Part shown: one piece after another, positions 37,063 through 46,625 of the stretch
Position numbering within the stretch: position 1 is the first letter of the stretch
Layout: every line of letters starts with the position of its first letter
DNA from: an uncultured Acidobacteriota bacterium
Lineage (GTDB): Bacteria > Acidobacteriota > Thermoanaerobaculia > UBA5066
Direction: 5' to 3'
DNA length: 64,000 nucleotides
NCBI GenBank assembly: GCA_963801475.1
Contig: CAWDEX010000002.1
Coordinates: 115,873-179,872, forward strand
Notes under the pieces: generated by a model
Told to the model about the DNA's origin: nothing
What the model saw: the letters and a program-made list of their open reading frames with translations, nothing else
Database searches by the model: none
Position numbers and translations under genes: made by a program

Positions 37063-37659
37063 TCAGGCGACCTCCCCCCTGACGTCGACGACGGGCGCCG
37101 GGCCCGGCACCTCCGGCGGTCCGTAGAGCCGCACGACCCGCGCCAGCGCCGCGCGGCCCACGGCCCGGACGGCCGCGTAGTTCAGCGCGGCCGAGGCCGC
37201 GACGCCGGCAAGCGGCACGAACCGCGCCGCCTCCCGGCCCGCGAGTCGGACGGCGATCCGGCCCGCCACCTCCTCCGCCGCCCGGGCGCTCAGCCGGCGT
37301 CCCACGTTGATACCGGTGCCCGCCGCCACGCCGGCAAGGACCTCGAGCGCCCGTTCGTCGGGCTCGGGCGTTCCGCCGTAGAGCAGGTGCAGGCCGACGA
37401 TGAGCCGGCTCTGGAGGACGATCAGCGCCGAGAGCTCCGGCGCGACGGCAACGACGGCGGCCCAGCCCGGCGGCAGGCTCGCGAGGGCGCCGAGGGCCGC
37501 GGCGCGCCGCGCGGCCCGCCGCACCATCCGGTCGGCCCTTTCACGGGTCGAGAGGTCCGGGGTCCGCGCGACGAACGCGGCGACCTCCGCCCGGACCTCG
37601 TCGAGGTCGAGCTCCCGGGTGGCCTTCCGGACGAGGCTGAGGAGCGCGTCGGCGAGCAT
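37063..37659 (-). CDS. Hypothetical protein (possibly EcsC-like)
   Basis: Clean ORF. Ala/Arg-rich. No diagnostic motif. Confidence 0.35.
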   Translation of the reverse strand: MLADALLSLVRKATRELDLDEVRAEVAAFVARTPDLSTRERADRMVRRAARRAAALGALASLPPGWAAVVAVAPELSALIVLQSRLIVGLHLLYGGTPEPDERALEVLAGVAAGTGINVGRRLSARAAEEVAGRIAVRLAGREAARFVPLAGVAASAALNYAAVRAVGRAALARVVRLYGPPEVPGPAPVVDVRGEVA

Positions 37660-37755
37660 CGGCCGACCTCCACGGCGGCGTTCGGTCTATCATCCGTCGG
37701 CGCCGGCCGCCCGACAAGGAGCCGGTGGAATCCACCCGCCAAGGAGGGTCCCCCC

Positions 37756-38433
37756 GTGAACGGAACTCGCATCGCATCGGGCCGGCGTTTCGCCTTCGTC
37801 GCGGCTCTTCTTGCCGTGGCGCTCTCTGCGGCTGCGCAAGCGCCGAAAAAGGAGACGAAAGTGAGCAAGCCCCGCGACTACGCCCACACCCTCGCGATCC
37901 TCAAGACCTCGCAGGGCGACGTGACGGTCCGGTTCTTCTACGACAAGGCGCCGGGCCACGTGAAGAACTTCATCGATCTCTCGGCGAAAGGCTTCTACGA
38001 CGGGACGCTCTTCCACCGGGTGATTCCGGACTTCATGATCCAGGGCGGCGACCCCTACACGAAGCAGCCCGAGACGCCCACCTCGCGCTACGGCACCGGC
38101 GGCAACAAGGACGCCTCCGGGGCGCCCGTCAACGTCAAGGCCGAGTTCAACGACACGCCGCACCGCCGCGGCATTCTCTCGATGGCACGTGCCTCGAACC
38201 CCGATTCCGCCTCCTCGCAGTTCTTCATCGTCGTCAAGGACTCTCCGTTCCTCGACCGCCAGTACACCGCTTTCGGCGAAGTCGTGAAGGGACTGGAGGT
38301 GGTGGACAAGATCGTCGCCGAGTCGAACTACGATCCGGCCAGCGGCGGCGCCGGAAAGCCGAGGAACCCCCAGAAGCTGCTCAAGGTCGAGCTCGTGGAA
38401 GAGCCGGCCGCCGCGGCACCCGCCAAGAACTGA
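37756..38433 (+). CDS. Secreted cyclophilin-type peptidyl-prolyl cis-trans isomerase
   Basis: GTG start preceded by AAGGAGGG at 37741-37748. Signal peptide. Cyclophilin motifs FHRVIPDFMIQGGD and SMAR...SQFFI. Confidence 0.85.
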   Translation: MNGTRIASGRRFAFVAALLAVALSAAAQAPKKETKVSKPRDYAHTLAILKTSQGDVTVRFFYDKAPGHVKNFIDLSAKGFYDGTLFHRVIPDFMIQGGDPYTKQPETPTSRYGTGGNKDASGAPVNVKAEFNDTPHRRGILSMARASNPDSASSQFFIVVKDSPFLDRQYTAFGEVVKGLEVVDKIVAESNYDPASGGAGKPRNPQKLLKVELVEEPAAAAPAKN

Positions 38434-38440
38434 ACCGTTC

Positions 38441-39403
38441 GTGACGCCGCCCCCCGTCGCGCCGGCGCTGGCGCCCGCGGAAGAAGCGCGCCTCGCGACG
38501 GTCCGGAAGCGCTTCCGCCTCGGGCCGGGCGGAGGTGAATCCCCCCTCGCCGGGGACGTCGGGGCTCGCCGTTACTTTCGCCGGAGGACGCCCGGCCGAA
38601 CGCCGGTCCTCGTCGTCCTCTACCCCGAGCCGGCCTCGGCCGCCCAGGCGAACTGGGCGGCCCTCGGCGCGGCCCTCTCCGCCGCGGGCCTTCGCGTCCC
38701 GGCACTCCTCGAGGACGCGCCCGACCTCGGTGCGGCCCTCGTCGAGGATCTCGGCGATCGCGACCTCGCCGTGGAAATCCAGGAGACCGCCGTCGAGGAC
38801 CGCCCCCGGCTCCTCGACGAGGCCGAGGAGCTTCTCCACGCGGTCCGGACGCTCGACTCCGCGGCGGCGCGCCGGAATCCCCCCTTCGACGGGGAGTTCT
38901 TCTTCCGTGAGCTCGCACACACGCGCCTCTGGGCCTTCGAGAAGGGAGGCGCCGCGCCGCTGGCCGCCGAGCACGCGAGCACCTGGGACCGGCTCGCCGG
39001 CGACCTGGCACGGACCGCCGCGGATCCGGCGGTCACGGGCGACCCCGTCCCGACCCACCGCGACTTCCACGCCAACAACCTGATGCGGGCCCCCGACGGG
39101 CGGCTCGCCCTGATCGACTTCCAGGACCTGCGTCTCGGCCCTCCGGACTACGACCCCGTCTCCCTCCGGTTCGAACGCGCCGGCGAGCGCGTGGCACAGC
39201 TCCCCTTGGCCTATGCCGAGGCCGTCCTCCTGCAGCGGGCCTGGAAAGTCCTCGGGACCTTCGAAAAGATGCTCGCGCTCGGGCGGCCCATCTACCGTCC
39301 CCACCGCGACACGGCCCTTCGCGTACTCTGGTCGAAGACGACGCCCGGCGGAGCCTGGGCTCCCCTCCTCCGCTTTCTTCCGCCTTCCATCGCCGCGGTA
39401 TGA
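38441..39403 (+). CDS. APH/choline-kinase-family phosphotransferase (protein-kinase-like fold)
   Basis: Brenner motif HRDFHANNLM. The metal-binding DFQD motif. Confidence 0.7.
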   Translation: MTPPPVAPALAPAEEARLATVRKRFRLGPGGGESPLAGDVGARRYFRRRTPGRTPVLVVLYPEPASAAQANWAALGAALSAAGLRVPALLEDAPDLGAALVEDLGDRDLAVEIQETAVEDRPRLLDEAEELLHAVRTLDSAAARRNPPFDGEFFFRELAHTRLWAFEKGGAAPLAAEHASTWDRLAGDLARTAADPAVTGDPVPTHRDFHANNLMRAPDGRLALIDFQDLRLGPPDYDPVSLRFERAGERVAQLPLAYAEAVLLQRAWKVLGTFEKMLALGRPIYRPHRDTALRVLWSKTTPGGAWAPLLRFLPPSIAAV

Positions 39404-39427
39404 TTCCCCGCGCTTGAGGAGGCACCC

Positions 39428-39613
39428 GTGCCGAACATCGGACTCCCGGAGCTTCTCGTCATCCTGGTCATTGTCGTCCTGATCTTCGGGGCGGGAAAGA
39501 TCCCCCAGCTCGGCAAGGGCCTCGGAGAAGGGATCAGGAACTTCAGGGACTCGATGCGCGAAGGGCAGAAGGGCGACGAGAAGAAGGACGAGACGAAAGA
39601 CGCCCCGAAGTAG
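39428..39613 (+). CDS. tatA: Twin-arginine translocase subunit TatA/E
   Basis: Motif [36 protein letters not shown]. 61 aa. Confidence 0.9.
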   Translation: MPNIGLPELLVILVIVVLIFGAGKIPQLGKGLGEGIRNFRDSMREGQKGDEKKDETKDAPK

Positions 39614-39625
39614 CTCGCGGGCCGT

Positions 39626-39690
39626 CCCCCTCCTTTCGGAGGGGGTCAGGATGCTCAGAGGAACCCTGACGGGTTCCTTTTTCTTTTCGC
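39626..39690 (+). terminator. Tandem GC-rich hairpins followed by a T-run: rho-independent terminator for tatA
   Basis: ccccctcc-tttc-ggaggggg, then aggaaccctgacgggttcct followed by ttttctttt. Confidence 0.5.
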
Positions 39691-39814
39691 CGCGAAGGGG
39701 TCGCGAAGCGAGGGGGGACGACGCATCGCGTCGTCAGGCCGGGTTCTCCCTTTCGTTCCGCCGCGGAAGGGGTGCGAAGCAGGGGAAACCCGAGGCGGGG
39801 TTTCCCCTATCGAT

Positions 39815-40057
39815 TCACGAGTTGTCGGCGTGACGTCGCGATGTCCGGACGTTCAGGAGCGAGATCTTCGCGCGCAGCGTGTTCCGGTGGATGCCGAGCG
39901 ACTTCGCGGCGCGGCCCATGTTGCCGTCCGCTCTGGTCACCGCCGCCGCCACGTACTTCTTTTCGAATTCCTTCTTGGCCGCCTCCAGGGGAATTCCCTT
40001 CGAGACGAGTTCGTCAATGATCCGCTGCAGCTGTCCGTCGATCGTCACGGGAGACAT
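39815..40057 (-). CDS. Fis-family DNA-binding protein (about 80 aa, HTH_8)
   Basis: Starts at M37 of ORF 39815..40165 (MSPVTIDGQLQRIID). C-terminal HTH GNMGRAAKSLGIHRNTLRAKI is typical of Fis/NtrC HTH. Confidence 0.75.
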   Translation of the reverse strand: MSPVTIDGQLQRIIDELVSKGIPLEAAKKEFEKKYVAAAVTRADGNMGRAAKSLGIHRNTLRAKISLLNVRTSRRHADNS

Positions 40058-40197
40058 CTCCTCCACGAAACCTGGCGGTCGCGTGGTTTCCTTCCGATTC
40101 AGGAAACGTATCACGGGCGAGGGACTCCGGGAAGGGGTCGGACGCATCGCCGCCCCCGGCGGCACGAAAACGCGGCGGGTCGGAGGAGAGTCTCCGG

Positions 40198-41061
40198 CTA
40201 CTTCAGCTCGACCCGGTCGCCGACGTACATCGTGTCGCGCATCGAGGTGATGATGGCGACCGAGGTCTTCTTCCGGGTCGTCAGGATCGCGGCCTCGCCG
40301 AGCATGATCCGCACCTCGCTCGCCTCCGGCAGGTCGCGGATTCCCCGGATGAGCCGGAGGCTGTTGTCCTCGACCGGCAGGCGGAAGACGGAGAGGAAAT
40401 CCCCGGGCAAGAGGCCGTCGTCCTCTCCAAGGTCGAGGTAGACGACGCTGTCCTTCGCGATCGCCGTGACGGTGTCGAAGTCAGCCACGATGTGGCCACT
40501 CACCTTGCCGGTCTCCGGGTCGCAGGACGAGAGCGGCGCCGTTCGCCGGACGAGGGGGATGGGAATCGGCTCGAACGGAAGCAGGGAATCACCGATGTTG
40601 GTGTCGGAGCAGGACAGGACGATCTCGGCGATGGAGGAGTTCTCCTGCGCGCAGAGGATTCGGACGCGGCCGGGGGTCAGGTAGACCCGCCCCACGACGG
40701 AGAGGACCGACTGCGCCTGGTTGACGAGGCGCTCCGGCCGGACGATCCAGTACTCCTGGCCGGCGGCGAAGCCCTGATTGACGCCGCCGCTGACGTAGAC
40801 GACGTCCCCCTCGAAGAACCCCCATTTCGAGTTGATGAGCTCGGCGCCGAAGATCGTCCCGGGGAAGCTGGCGTCCGGCGCATCGAGCCAGCCCGTGCAG
40901 TAGACGTCGGCCTCGACGCCGATCGGCAGAGGGGACGAAATGGTCGGCGCTCCCGTCCGCTGAGTCTTCTGCGGAGTCGTGTCCGGGACGTCGACGGCCC
41001 ACGCGCCGCCGGACCCGACGAGGGCCACCGTGAGTAGGAAAACTGGAAGAGGCTGACGCAT
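40198..41061 (-). CDS. Hypothetical secreted protein
   Basis: Starts at MRQPLPVFLLTVALVGSGGAWA, which is M21 of ORF 40198..41121. Signal peptide. Confidence 0.4.
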   Translation of the reverse strand: MRQPLPVFLLTVALVGSGGAWAVDVPDTTPQKTQRTGAPTISSPLPIGVEADVYCTGWLDAPDASFPGTIFGAELINSKWGFFEGDVVYVSGGVNQGFAAGQEYWIVRPERLVNQAQSVLSVVGRVYLTPGRVRILCAQENSSIAEIVLSCSDTNIGDSLLPFEPIPIPLVRRTAPLSSCDPETGKVSGHIVADFDTVTAIAKDSVVYLDLGEDDGLLPGDFLSVFRLPVEDNSLRLIRGIRDLPEASEVRIMLGEAAILTTRKKTSVAIITSMRDTMYVGDRVELK

Positions 41062-41139
41062 GGACGACCTCCCACCGTTTCCCGGCTCCGGCGTGCTCGA
41101 AACCGGGCCGCCGGTCCGCATCCTTGGAAGCGCCCTAAG

Positions 41140-41985
41140 TTACCTCATTCGTATCGGTTGGTCAAAACCGGTGCTCGCGGAACGAACGGCCGGCTTCGGC
41201 GGGGCGCTCGTCTGGGGGATCTTCTTCGCCCACTGGCTCTGCGGAAAGTCGCGCGCGAGCCGCTGCCAGCTTTCCAGCGCTTTCTGCTCGTTCCCCAGCT
41301 TCCGCTGAGCGAATCCCATCTCGAAGAGAACCCGATCGACGCTCGAATAGTCCGGGTAGGCCTGGAGGATCGTCTCGAACCGGCCCCGTGCGGCGTTGAA
41401 GGCCTTCCGGCGGTAATAGAAGCGCCCCACGAGGTACTCGTGCTCCGCCAGGAGGTTCCGGATCCGCTGAAGCCGCGCCCGCGCCTCCGTGATGTAGGGC
41501 GAGTCCGGGTAGCCGAGGATCAGCTCGCGATAGCTCGTCGCGGCGAGGCGGGTATTCGTCTGCTCGCGGTCCGGCTTCTCGGCCTCCCTGTCGGCCGTCT
41601 GAGCCAGACGGAAGAGGGCGTAGTCCGCCCGCGGGCTCGACGGATACCGGTTGCGGAAATCGCGGTAGCGGGTCTGCGCCTCGAGATAGCCGAGGGTCGT
41701 CCCCTCGTCGAAATACGAGTCGGCGAGCTTCAGCGCGGCCTGGCGACCGATCGGGTCGTTCGCGTAGTTCTCCGCGACGAATCGCAGGTACTGCCGCCCG
41801 AGGTCCCACTTCTTCTTCGCGATCAGCTGCTCCCCTCGCGCGTACGCCTCCTCTTTCGGCATCGTCAGGAGCTCGCGCGTCAGCTTCATCGACGAAGAAT
41901 CCGACGACGAGCAGCCGGCGAGGAGGCCGACGACCGCAAGAAGCACGACGGGGAGCCCGGTGGGGCGGGGGCGCGAAGACCGCAT
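41140..41985 (-). CDS. bamD: Outer-membrane protein assembly factor BamD-like TPR lipoprotein
   Basis: Lipobox LLAGCSS. TPR repeats with the conserved BamD pattern (YxxGxxLxxxKxW...AxxxFxxF). Confidence 0.65.
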   Translation of the reverse strand: MRSSRPRPTGLPVVLLAVVGLLAGCSSSDSSSMKLTRELLTMPKEEAYARGEQLIAKKKWDLGRQYLRFVAENYANDPIGRQAALKLADSYFDEGTTLGYLEAQTRYRDFRNRYPSSPRADYALFRLAQTADREAEKPDREQTNTRLAATSYRELILGYPDSPYITEARARLQRIRNLLAEHEYLVGRFYYRRKAFNAARGRFETILQAYPDYSSVDRVLFEMGFAQRKLGNEQKALESWQRLARDFPQSQWAKKIPQTSAPPKPAVRSASTGFDQPIRMR

Positions 41986-41998
41986 GAACCGCAGGAGA

Positions 41999-42679
41999 TT
42001 ACACTGCCTGACGGCCGGAGGCGGCCGACCGGAGCGCCGCGACGGCGGCCGGGACGTCGCCGCGACCGAAGACCGACGAGCCGGCCACGAGGTGCCGGGC
42101 CCCGGCGGCGGCGAGGTCCCCGGCGTTCTCCCCGCCGACGCCGCCGTCCACGGCGATCTCGCACGCCGCGCCGCGCGACCGGATCAGGGCCGCGAGATCG
42201 CGCACCCGATCGATCGAGCCGGGGAGGAAGGACTGGCCGCCCCAGCCCGGGTTGACCGTCATGAGGAGGACGAAGTCGGCGAACCGCACGGCTTCGTCGA
42301 GAACCGCCAGCGACGTGCCGGGATTGATCGCCACCCCGGGCGAGACGCCGCGCCCCCGGACGTGCTCGGCGAAGCGGTGAAGATGCGGCTCGGCCTCCAC
42401 GTGGACCGCCACGCGCGCCGCCCCGGCGTCGAGGTACTGGTCGACCGTCCGGAGCGGCTCCTCGATCATCAGGTGGACGTCGAACGAAAGGCGCGTCGCG
42501 CCCCGGAGCGCCCGGAGGACGAGCGGGCCGACGGTGAGGTTCGGGACGAACCGCCCGTCCATCACGTCGAAGTGAATCGCGTCGGCCCCCGCCCGCTCGC
42601 AGGCGGAAACCGCCTCGGCGAGACGTCCGAAGTCCGCCGACAGGAGCGACGGGGCGATCTTCACGCGGGTCTCGGTCAT
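41999..42679 (-). CDS. rpe: Ribulose-phosphate 3-epimerase
   Basis: This is the C-terminal 226 aa of ORF 41999..43459 (MTETRVKIAPSLLSADFGRL ... HFDVMDG ... VNPGWGGQ). Confidence 0.9.
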   Translation of the reverse strand: MTETRVKIAPSLLSADFGRLAEAVSACERAGADAIHFDVMDGRFVPNLTVGPLVLRALRGATRLSFDVHLMIEEPLRTVDQYLDAGAARVAVHVEAEPHLHRFAEHVRGRGVSPGVAINPGTSLAVLDEAVRFADFVLLMTVNPGWGGQSFLPGSIDRVRDLAALIRSRGAACEIAVDGGVGGENAGDLAAAGARHLVAGSSVFGRGDVPAAVAALRSAASGRQAV

Positions 42680-43401
42680 GGCGATCCCTCCGTCGAGGCG
42701 ACGACGAACGAGAGGACGTCCTTCCGAGACACCGGGAATCCGGCCTGCGGGAACTGCCGGAGGATCGTCCCCGCCGGCGCCCCCTCGTACGCCTGACTCC
42801 TCACGCCGCCGACGCGGAAACCGCGCGCCTCGAAGGCCGTGCGGACCCGCTCCACGTCGCGGCCGATCAGGTCCGGCATGACCCACGCCGCGTCGGGAAG
42901 CCCGCGGTTCACGAGGAGGCCCATCGGCGCCTCCGGCGGCACGACGGAGCCCGGCATCGCGCCCTGCGCGACGACGCCCGCCGGTCCGGGGAGCCGGATG
43001 GCCGCGAACGCGGGCGCCGGGAGGCCCTGCCGGACGAGGGCCGCCGCGGCGGCCCGGGGCGACTGTCCGATCAGGTCGGGCATCCGGAGGGTCTTCGGCC
43101 CCAGCGAGAGGAAAAGCCGGATCGTCTGCCCCTCCTTGACGGCCGTCTCGGCGGCCGGTTGCTGCGCCCGGACACGGCGGGCCGGAACCTTCTCGTCGAA
43201 GTCGTCCTTCTGCGGGTCGACCACGGCCTCGAGCCCGAGCTCGGTGGCGCGCGCTGCGGCCTCCTCCACCGTCAGGTTCGACAGGTCGGGAACGCGCGTC
43301 GACCGCCCCGCGACGAAGCGGGAAAAGGAGATCCAGGTCGCGGTCGCCAGAACCCCCGCGAGGACGAGCGCATAGATCACGCGCGCGAGCACTCCCCCCA
43401 T
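42676..43401 (-). CDS. Membrane-anchored PASTA-domain protein (2 PASTA repeats)
   Basis: N-terminal TM. Repeated PASTA-type signature VPDLxGxxxxxAxxxLxxxGL. Overlaps the rpe start by 4 nt. Confidence 0.65.
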   Translation of the reverse strand: MGGVLARVIYALVLAGVLATATWISFSRFVAGRSTRVPDLSNLTVEEAAARATELGLEAVVDPQKDDFDEKVPARRVRAQQPAAETAVKEGQTIRLFLSLGPKTLRMPDLIGQSPRAAAAALVRQGLPAPAFAAIRLPGPAGVVAQGAMPGSVVPPEAPMGLLVNRGLPDAAWVMPDLIGRDVERVRTAFEARGFRVGGVRSQAYEGAPAGTILRQFPQAGFPVSRKDVLSFVVASTEGSP

Positions 43402-43488
43402 GATCCGCCGACTCTACCAGCCCGCCCGCACGGTCCGCTCGCCGGCGTATTTGACTCACGCCGTCCCGCGACCCAGACTCCGTCTCCC

Positions 43489-44469
43489 GTGACGGAGACC
43501 CGCCCGCACCGCGTCGTGCACGCCCTTTCCCGCGCCGAGTTGCCTCTCGCCCGGGCCGACCTCCACCTCCACACGGAAGCCTCCATCTTCAAGTACTTCC
43601 GGGCCGCGAACACGCGCGACTCGTACAACGATCCCGATGAAACCTACCGGCTGGCCAAGGCCCGCGGGATGGACTTCGTCACCTTCACCGACCACGACAC
43701 CGTGGACGGGTGCCTCCGGTTCCTCGACCGCCATCCCCACCTGACGGACTTCTTCGTCTCCGAGGAGGTCGAGACCTTCTTTCCGAAGACGGGGCACCGG
43801 ATCCACGTCAACGTCTTCGACCTGACGCTCGCCCAGCACAACGTCATCTCGAAGAAGCGGCGGAACATCTTCGACCTCGTCGAGTACCTCCGGGCCGAGA
43901 GCCTCCTCTTCTCGGCCAACCATCTCTTCCAGTCCTACCGGATGCGGCAGGCTCCCGAGGACTTCGTGACGACCATGCTGACGCTCTTCGACGTCTTCGA
44001 GGTGAAGAACGGTTCGATGGCCTACCAGCACAACGCGCTCGTGGCCGACCTGCTGAGCGTGGCCAAGCAGAAGCGCGGGTCCCTCGCCCTCGTCGGCGGG
44101 TCGGACGGGCACACCTACCCCCCCATCGCGTCGGTCTTCACCCTCGCGCCCGGCAAGACGTGGAAGGAGTTCCTCGCCGCGATCCGCCAGGGCCGGTGCC
44201 TCGCGTGGGGAACGGAGATGGGCTTCACGCGCGTCCTCGGCGACGTCTACAAGAATCTCGGAAAGTACTACCGGTCGGTGACGAAATTCCGGAACCCCGA
44301 TTTCACGACGGCGGAGAAGGCCCGGCACTTCGCCATCGCCGCCGCCTCGATCCCCTTCAACGTGGCCGGCGTCCCGGCCGCGATCTACTCGCTCAACTAC
44401 GCCAAACAGCTCGCCTTGACGCGGAGCCTGAAGTCCCGGTTCCAGCGGCGGGGCCGCCCGCCGGCGTGA
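43489..44469 (+). CDS. PHP-domain (polymerase/histidinol-phosphatase-like) metal-dependent phosphoesterase
   Basis: GTG start at V111 of ORF 43159..44469. Motifs DLHLHTEAS, FTDHD and GGSDGH. Confidence 0.75.
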   Translation: MTETRPHRVVHALSRAELPLARADLHLHTEASIFKYFRAANTRDSYNDPDETYRLAKARGMDFVTFTDHDTVDGCLRFLDRHPHLTDFFVSEEVETFFPKTGHRIHVNVFDLTLAQHNVISKKRRNIFDLVEYLRAESLLFSANHLFQSYRMRQAPEDFVTTMLTLFDVFEVKNGSMAYQHNALVADLLSVAKQKRGSLALVGGSDGHTYPPIASVFTLAPGKTWKEFLAAIRQGRCLAWGTEMGFTRVLGDVYKNLGKYYRSVTKFRNPDFTTAEKARHFAIAAASIPFNVAGVPAAIYSLNYAKQLALTRSLKSRFQRRGRPPA

Positions 44470-45341
44470 CGGCGCGCGCCGGGACCGGGCCGCTCGTCGG
44501 CGCGCACATGAGCGCCGCCGGGGGTCTCGCACGGGCCGTCGAGCGGGCCGTCGGCGTCGGCTGCCGGACCCTTCAGGTCTTCACGAAGAACTCGAACCAG
44601 TGGGCGGGCAAGGCGCTCGACCCGGACGATTCGGCCGCGTTTCGCGCGGCGGCGAAGGCCGCGGGGATCGCGCCCCTCGTCTCGCACTCGGCCTATCTCA
44701 TCAACCTTGCCTCGCCCGACGAGGCCACGCGGAACCGCTCGGCCGCCGCGCTCGTCGACGAGATCCGGCGCTGCGACGCGTCCGGTATCCCCTACCTCGT
44801 CCTTCACCCCGGTTCGCACGGCGGAGACGGGGAGGAGACGGGCCTCGACCGGATCGCGCGGGGCCTCGATGACGCGGCGAAAAGGACGTCCGGGTCGACG
44901 ACGACGATCCTGCTCGAAACGGCCGCCGGACAGGGGGCCTGCCTCGGCCACACGTTCGCCCAGCTCGCGGAGATCCGCCGGCGATCCTCGTCGAAAGGGC
45001 GGATCGCCTTCTGCCTCGACACCTGCCACGTCTGGGCCGCCGGATATGACGTCGTGACGAGGGACGGGTGGCGCGCGATGCTGGCAGAGGCCGACCGGAC
45101 GATCGGCCTCAAGCTCGTGAAGGTCGTTCACGGGAACGACTCGAAGAAAGAAAGAGGGTGCCGCGTCGACCGGCACGAGCGGATCGGCCTCGGGGCGATC
45201 GGCGAAGCGGGCTTCGCGAACCTGATGACCGCGCCCGCCTTCGCGAAGGTCCCGAAGATCCTCGAAACGCCGAAGGACGAGAGCGGCGCCTGGGACCGGG
45301 AGGGCCTCGCCGCCCTCCGGCGCCTCGCCGGGGCCGCCTGA
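44466..45341 (+). CDS. nfo: Endonuclease IV (AP endonuclease, Nfo)
   Basis: Motifs GAHMSAAGG, HSAYLINL, HPGSH, LETAGQG and CLDTCHVWAAGYD. The probable GTG start overlaps the PHP gene stop (GTGA). Confidence 0.85.
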   Translation: MTARAGTGPLVGAHMSAAGGLARAVERAVGVGCRTLQVFTKNSNQWAGKALDPDDSAAFRAAAKAAGIAPLVSHSAYLINLASPDEATRNRSAAALVDEIRRCDASGIPYLVLHPGSHGGDGEETGLDRIARGLDDAAKRTSGSTTTILLETAAGQGACLGHTFAQLAEIRRRSSSKGRIAFCLDTCHVWAAGYDVVTRDGWRAMLAEADRTIGLKLVKVVHGNDSKKERGCRVDRHERIGLGAIGEAGFANLMTAPAFAKVPKILETPKDESGAWDREGLAALRRLAGAA

Positions 45342-45345
45342 CGCC

Positions 45346-46620
45346 TCAGGCGGGCGCGGGCTCCTTCTTGGGGTATTTCGTCGCCACGTAGTCGTCCACG
45401 AGGGCCTGGAAGGCCGCCGACAGCTCGTCGTAGGTCCCCTTCAGGGTCGTGAACTTCTGGCCGTCGACGTAGACGGGACAGCTCGGCGCCTCGCCCGTGC
45501 CGGGAAGACTGATTCCGATGTTGGCGGCCTTCGACTCCCCCGGGCCGTTCACGATGCATCCCATGACGGCGAGGGTCATCGTCTCGACGCCGTCGTACTC
45601 CTTCTTCCAGAGGGGCATCTTCTCCCGGACGTAGCCCTGGATCCGCTCGGCCAGCTCCTGGAACGTCGTGGAGGTCGTCCGGCCGCAGCCCGGGCAGGCC
45701 GTGACGGACGGGGCGAAGGAGCGGAGGCCGAGCGACTGGAGGAGCTCGCAGGCCGCGTAGACCTCCTCGCGGCGGTCGCCGCCGGGACGCGGCGTCAGGG
45801 AGACGCGGATCGTGTCGCCGATCCCTTCCTGGAGCAGGACGCCCATCGCGGCCGAGGACCAGACGAGCCCCTTGGTCCCCATCCCGGCCTCTGTCAGCCC
45901 GAGGTGCAGCGGCTGGTCCGTGTGGCGGGCCAGCTCGCGGTAGACCGCGATCAGCTCCTGCGGCTTCGAGACCTTGCACGAGATGATGATCTGGTTCCTC
46001 GTCAGGCCGTTCTGGAGCGCCAGCTCCGTCGACTCGAGCGCCGAGAGGACCATGCAGTCACCGACGATCTCCTCGGAGCTCTTCCCGAGCTCCCGGTCGG
46101 TGTTCTCCTGCATCTTCCGCATGACGAGATCCTGGTTCAGGGAGCCGCCGTTGACGCCGATCCGGACCGGCTTGACGTGGTCCACGGCCACCTTGCAGAT
46201 CGTCGAGAACTGCTCGTCGCGGAGGCGCCCCGAGCCGACGTTTCCCGGATTGATCCGGTACTTGTCGAGGGCTTCCGCGCAGGCGGGGAATTTCGTCAGG
46301 AGGATGTGGCCGTTGTAGTGGAAGTCGCCGATCAGGGGCACGTCGCACCCCGCGTCGCGGAGCCGCCTGACGATCTCGGGGACGGCCGAGGCCGCCTCGG
46401 GGACGTTCACGGTGACACGCACCAGCTCGGAGCCCGCCTGAGCGAGCTCGAGACACTGCCGGGCCGTGGCCGCGGCGTCGGCCGTGTCGGTCATCGTCAT
46501 CGACTGGACGACGACCGGGGCGTCGCCTCCGACCGTGACCTTGCCGACCTTCACCGGGACGGTCACGTGGCGGCGCCGCGTCGGGACGGAGACGGCAACG
46601 ACGTGAGGTTCGGGGCCCAT
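45346..46620 (-). CDS. ispG: 4-hydroxy-3-methylbut-2-en-1-yl diphosphate synthase (flavodoxin), IspG/GcpE
   Basis: C-terminal 424 aa of ORF 45346..47073. C-terminal motifs ACPGCGRT and GCIVNGPGE (4Fe-4S ligands). Confidence 0.9.
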   Translation of the reverse strand: MGPEPHVVAVSVPTRRRHVTVPVKVGKVTVGGDAPVVVQSMTMTDTADAAATARQCLELAQAGSELVRVTVNVPEAASAVPEIVRRLRDAGCDVPLIGDFHYNGHILLTKFPACAEALDKYRINPGNVGSGRLRDEQFSTICKVAVDHVKPVRIGVNGGSLNQDLVMRKMQENTDRELGKSSEEIVGDCMVLSALESTELALQNGLTRNQIIISCKVSKPQELIAVYRELARHTDQPLHLGLTEAGMGTKGLVWSSAAMGVLLQEGIGDTIRVSLTPRPGGDRREEVYAACELLQSLGLRSFAPSVTACPGCGRTTSTTFQELAERIQGYVREKMPLWKKEYDGVETMTLAVMGCIVNGPGESKAANIGISLPGTGEAPSCPVYVDGQKFTTLKGTYDELSAAFQALVDDYVATKYPKKEPAPA

Positions 46621-46625
46621 GGCGC

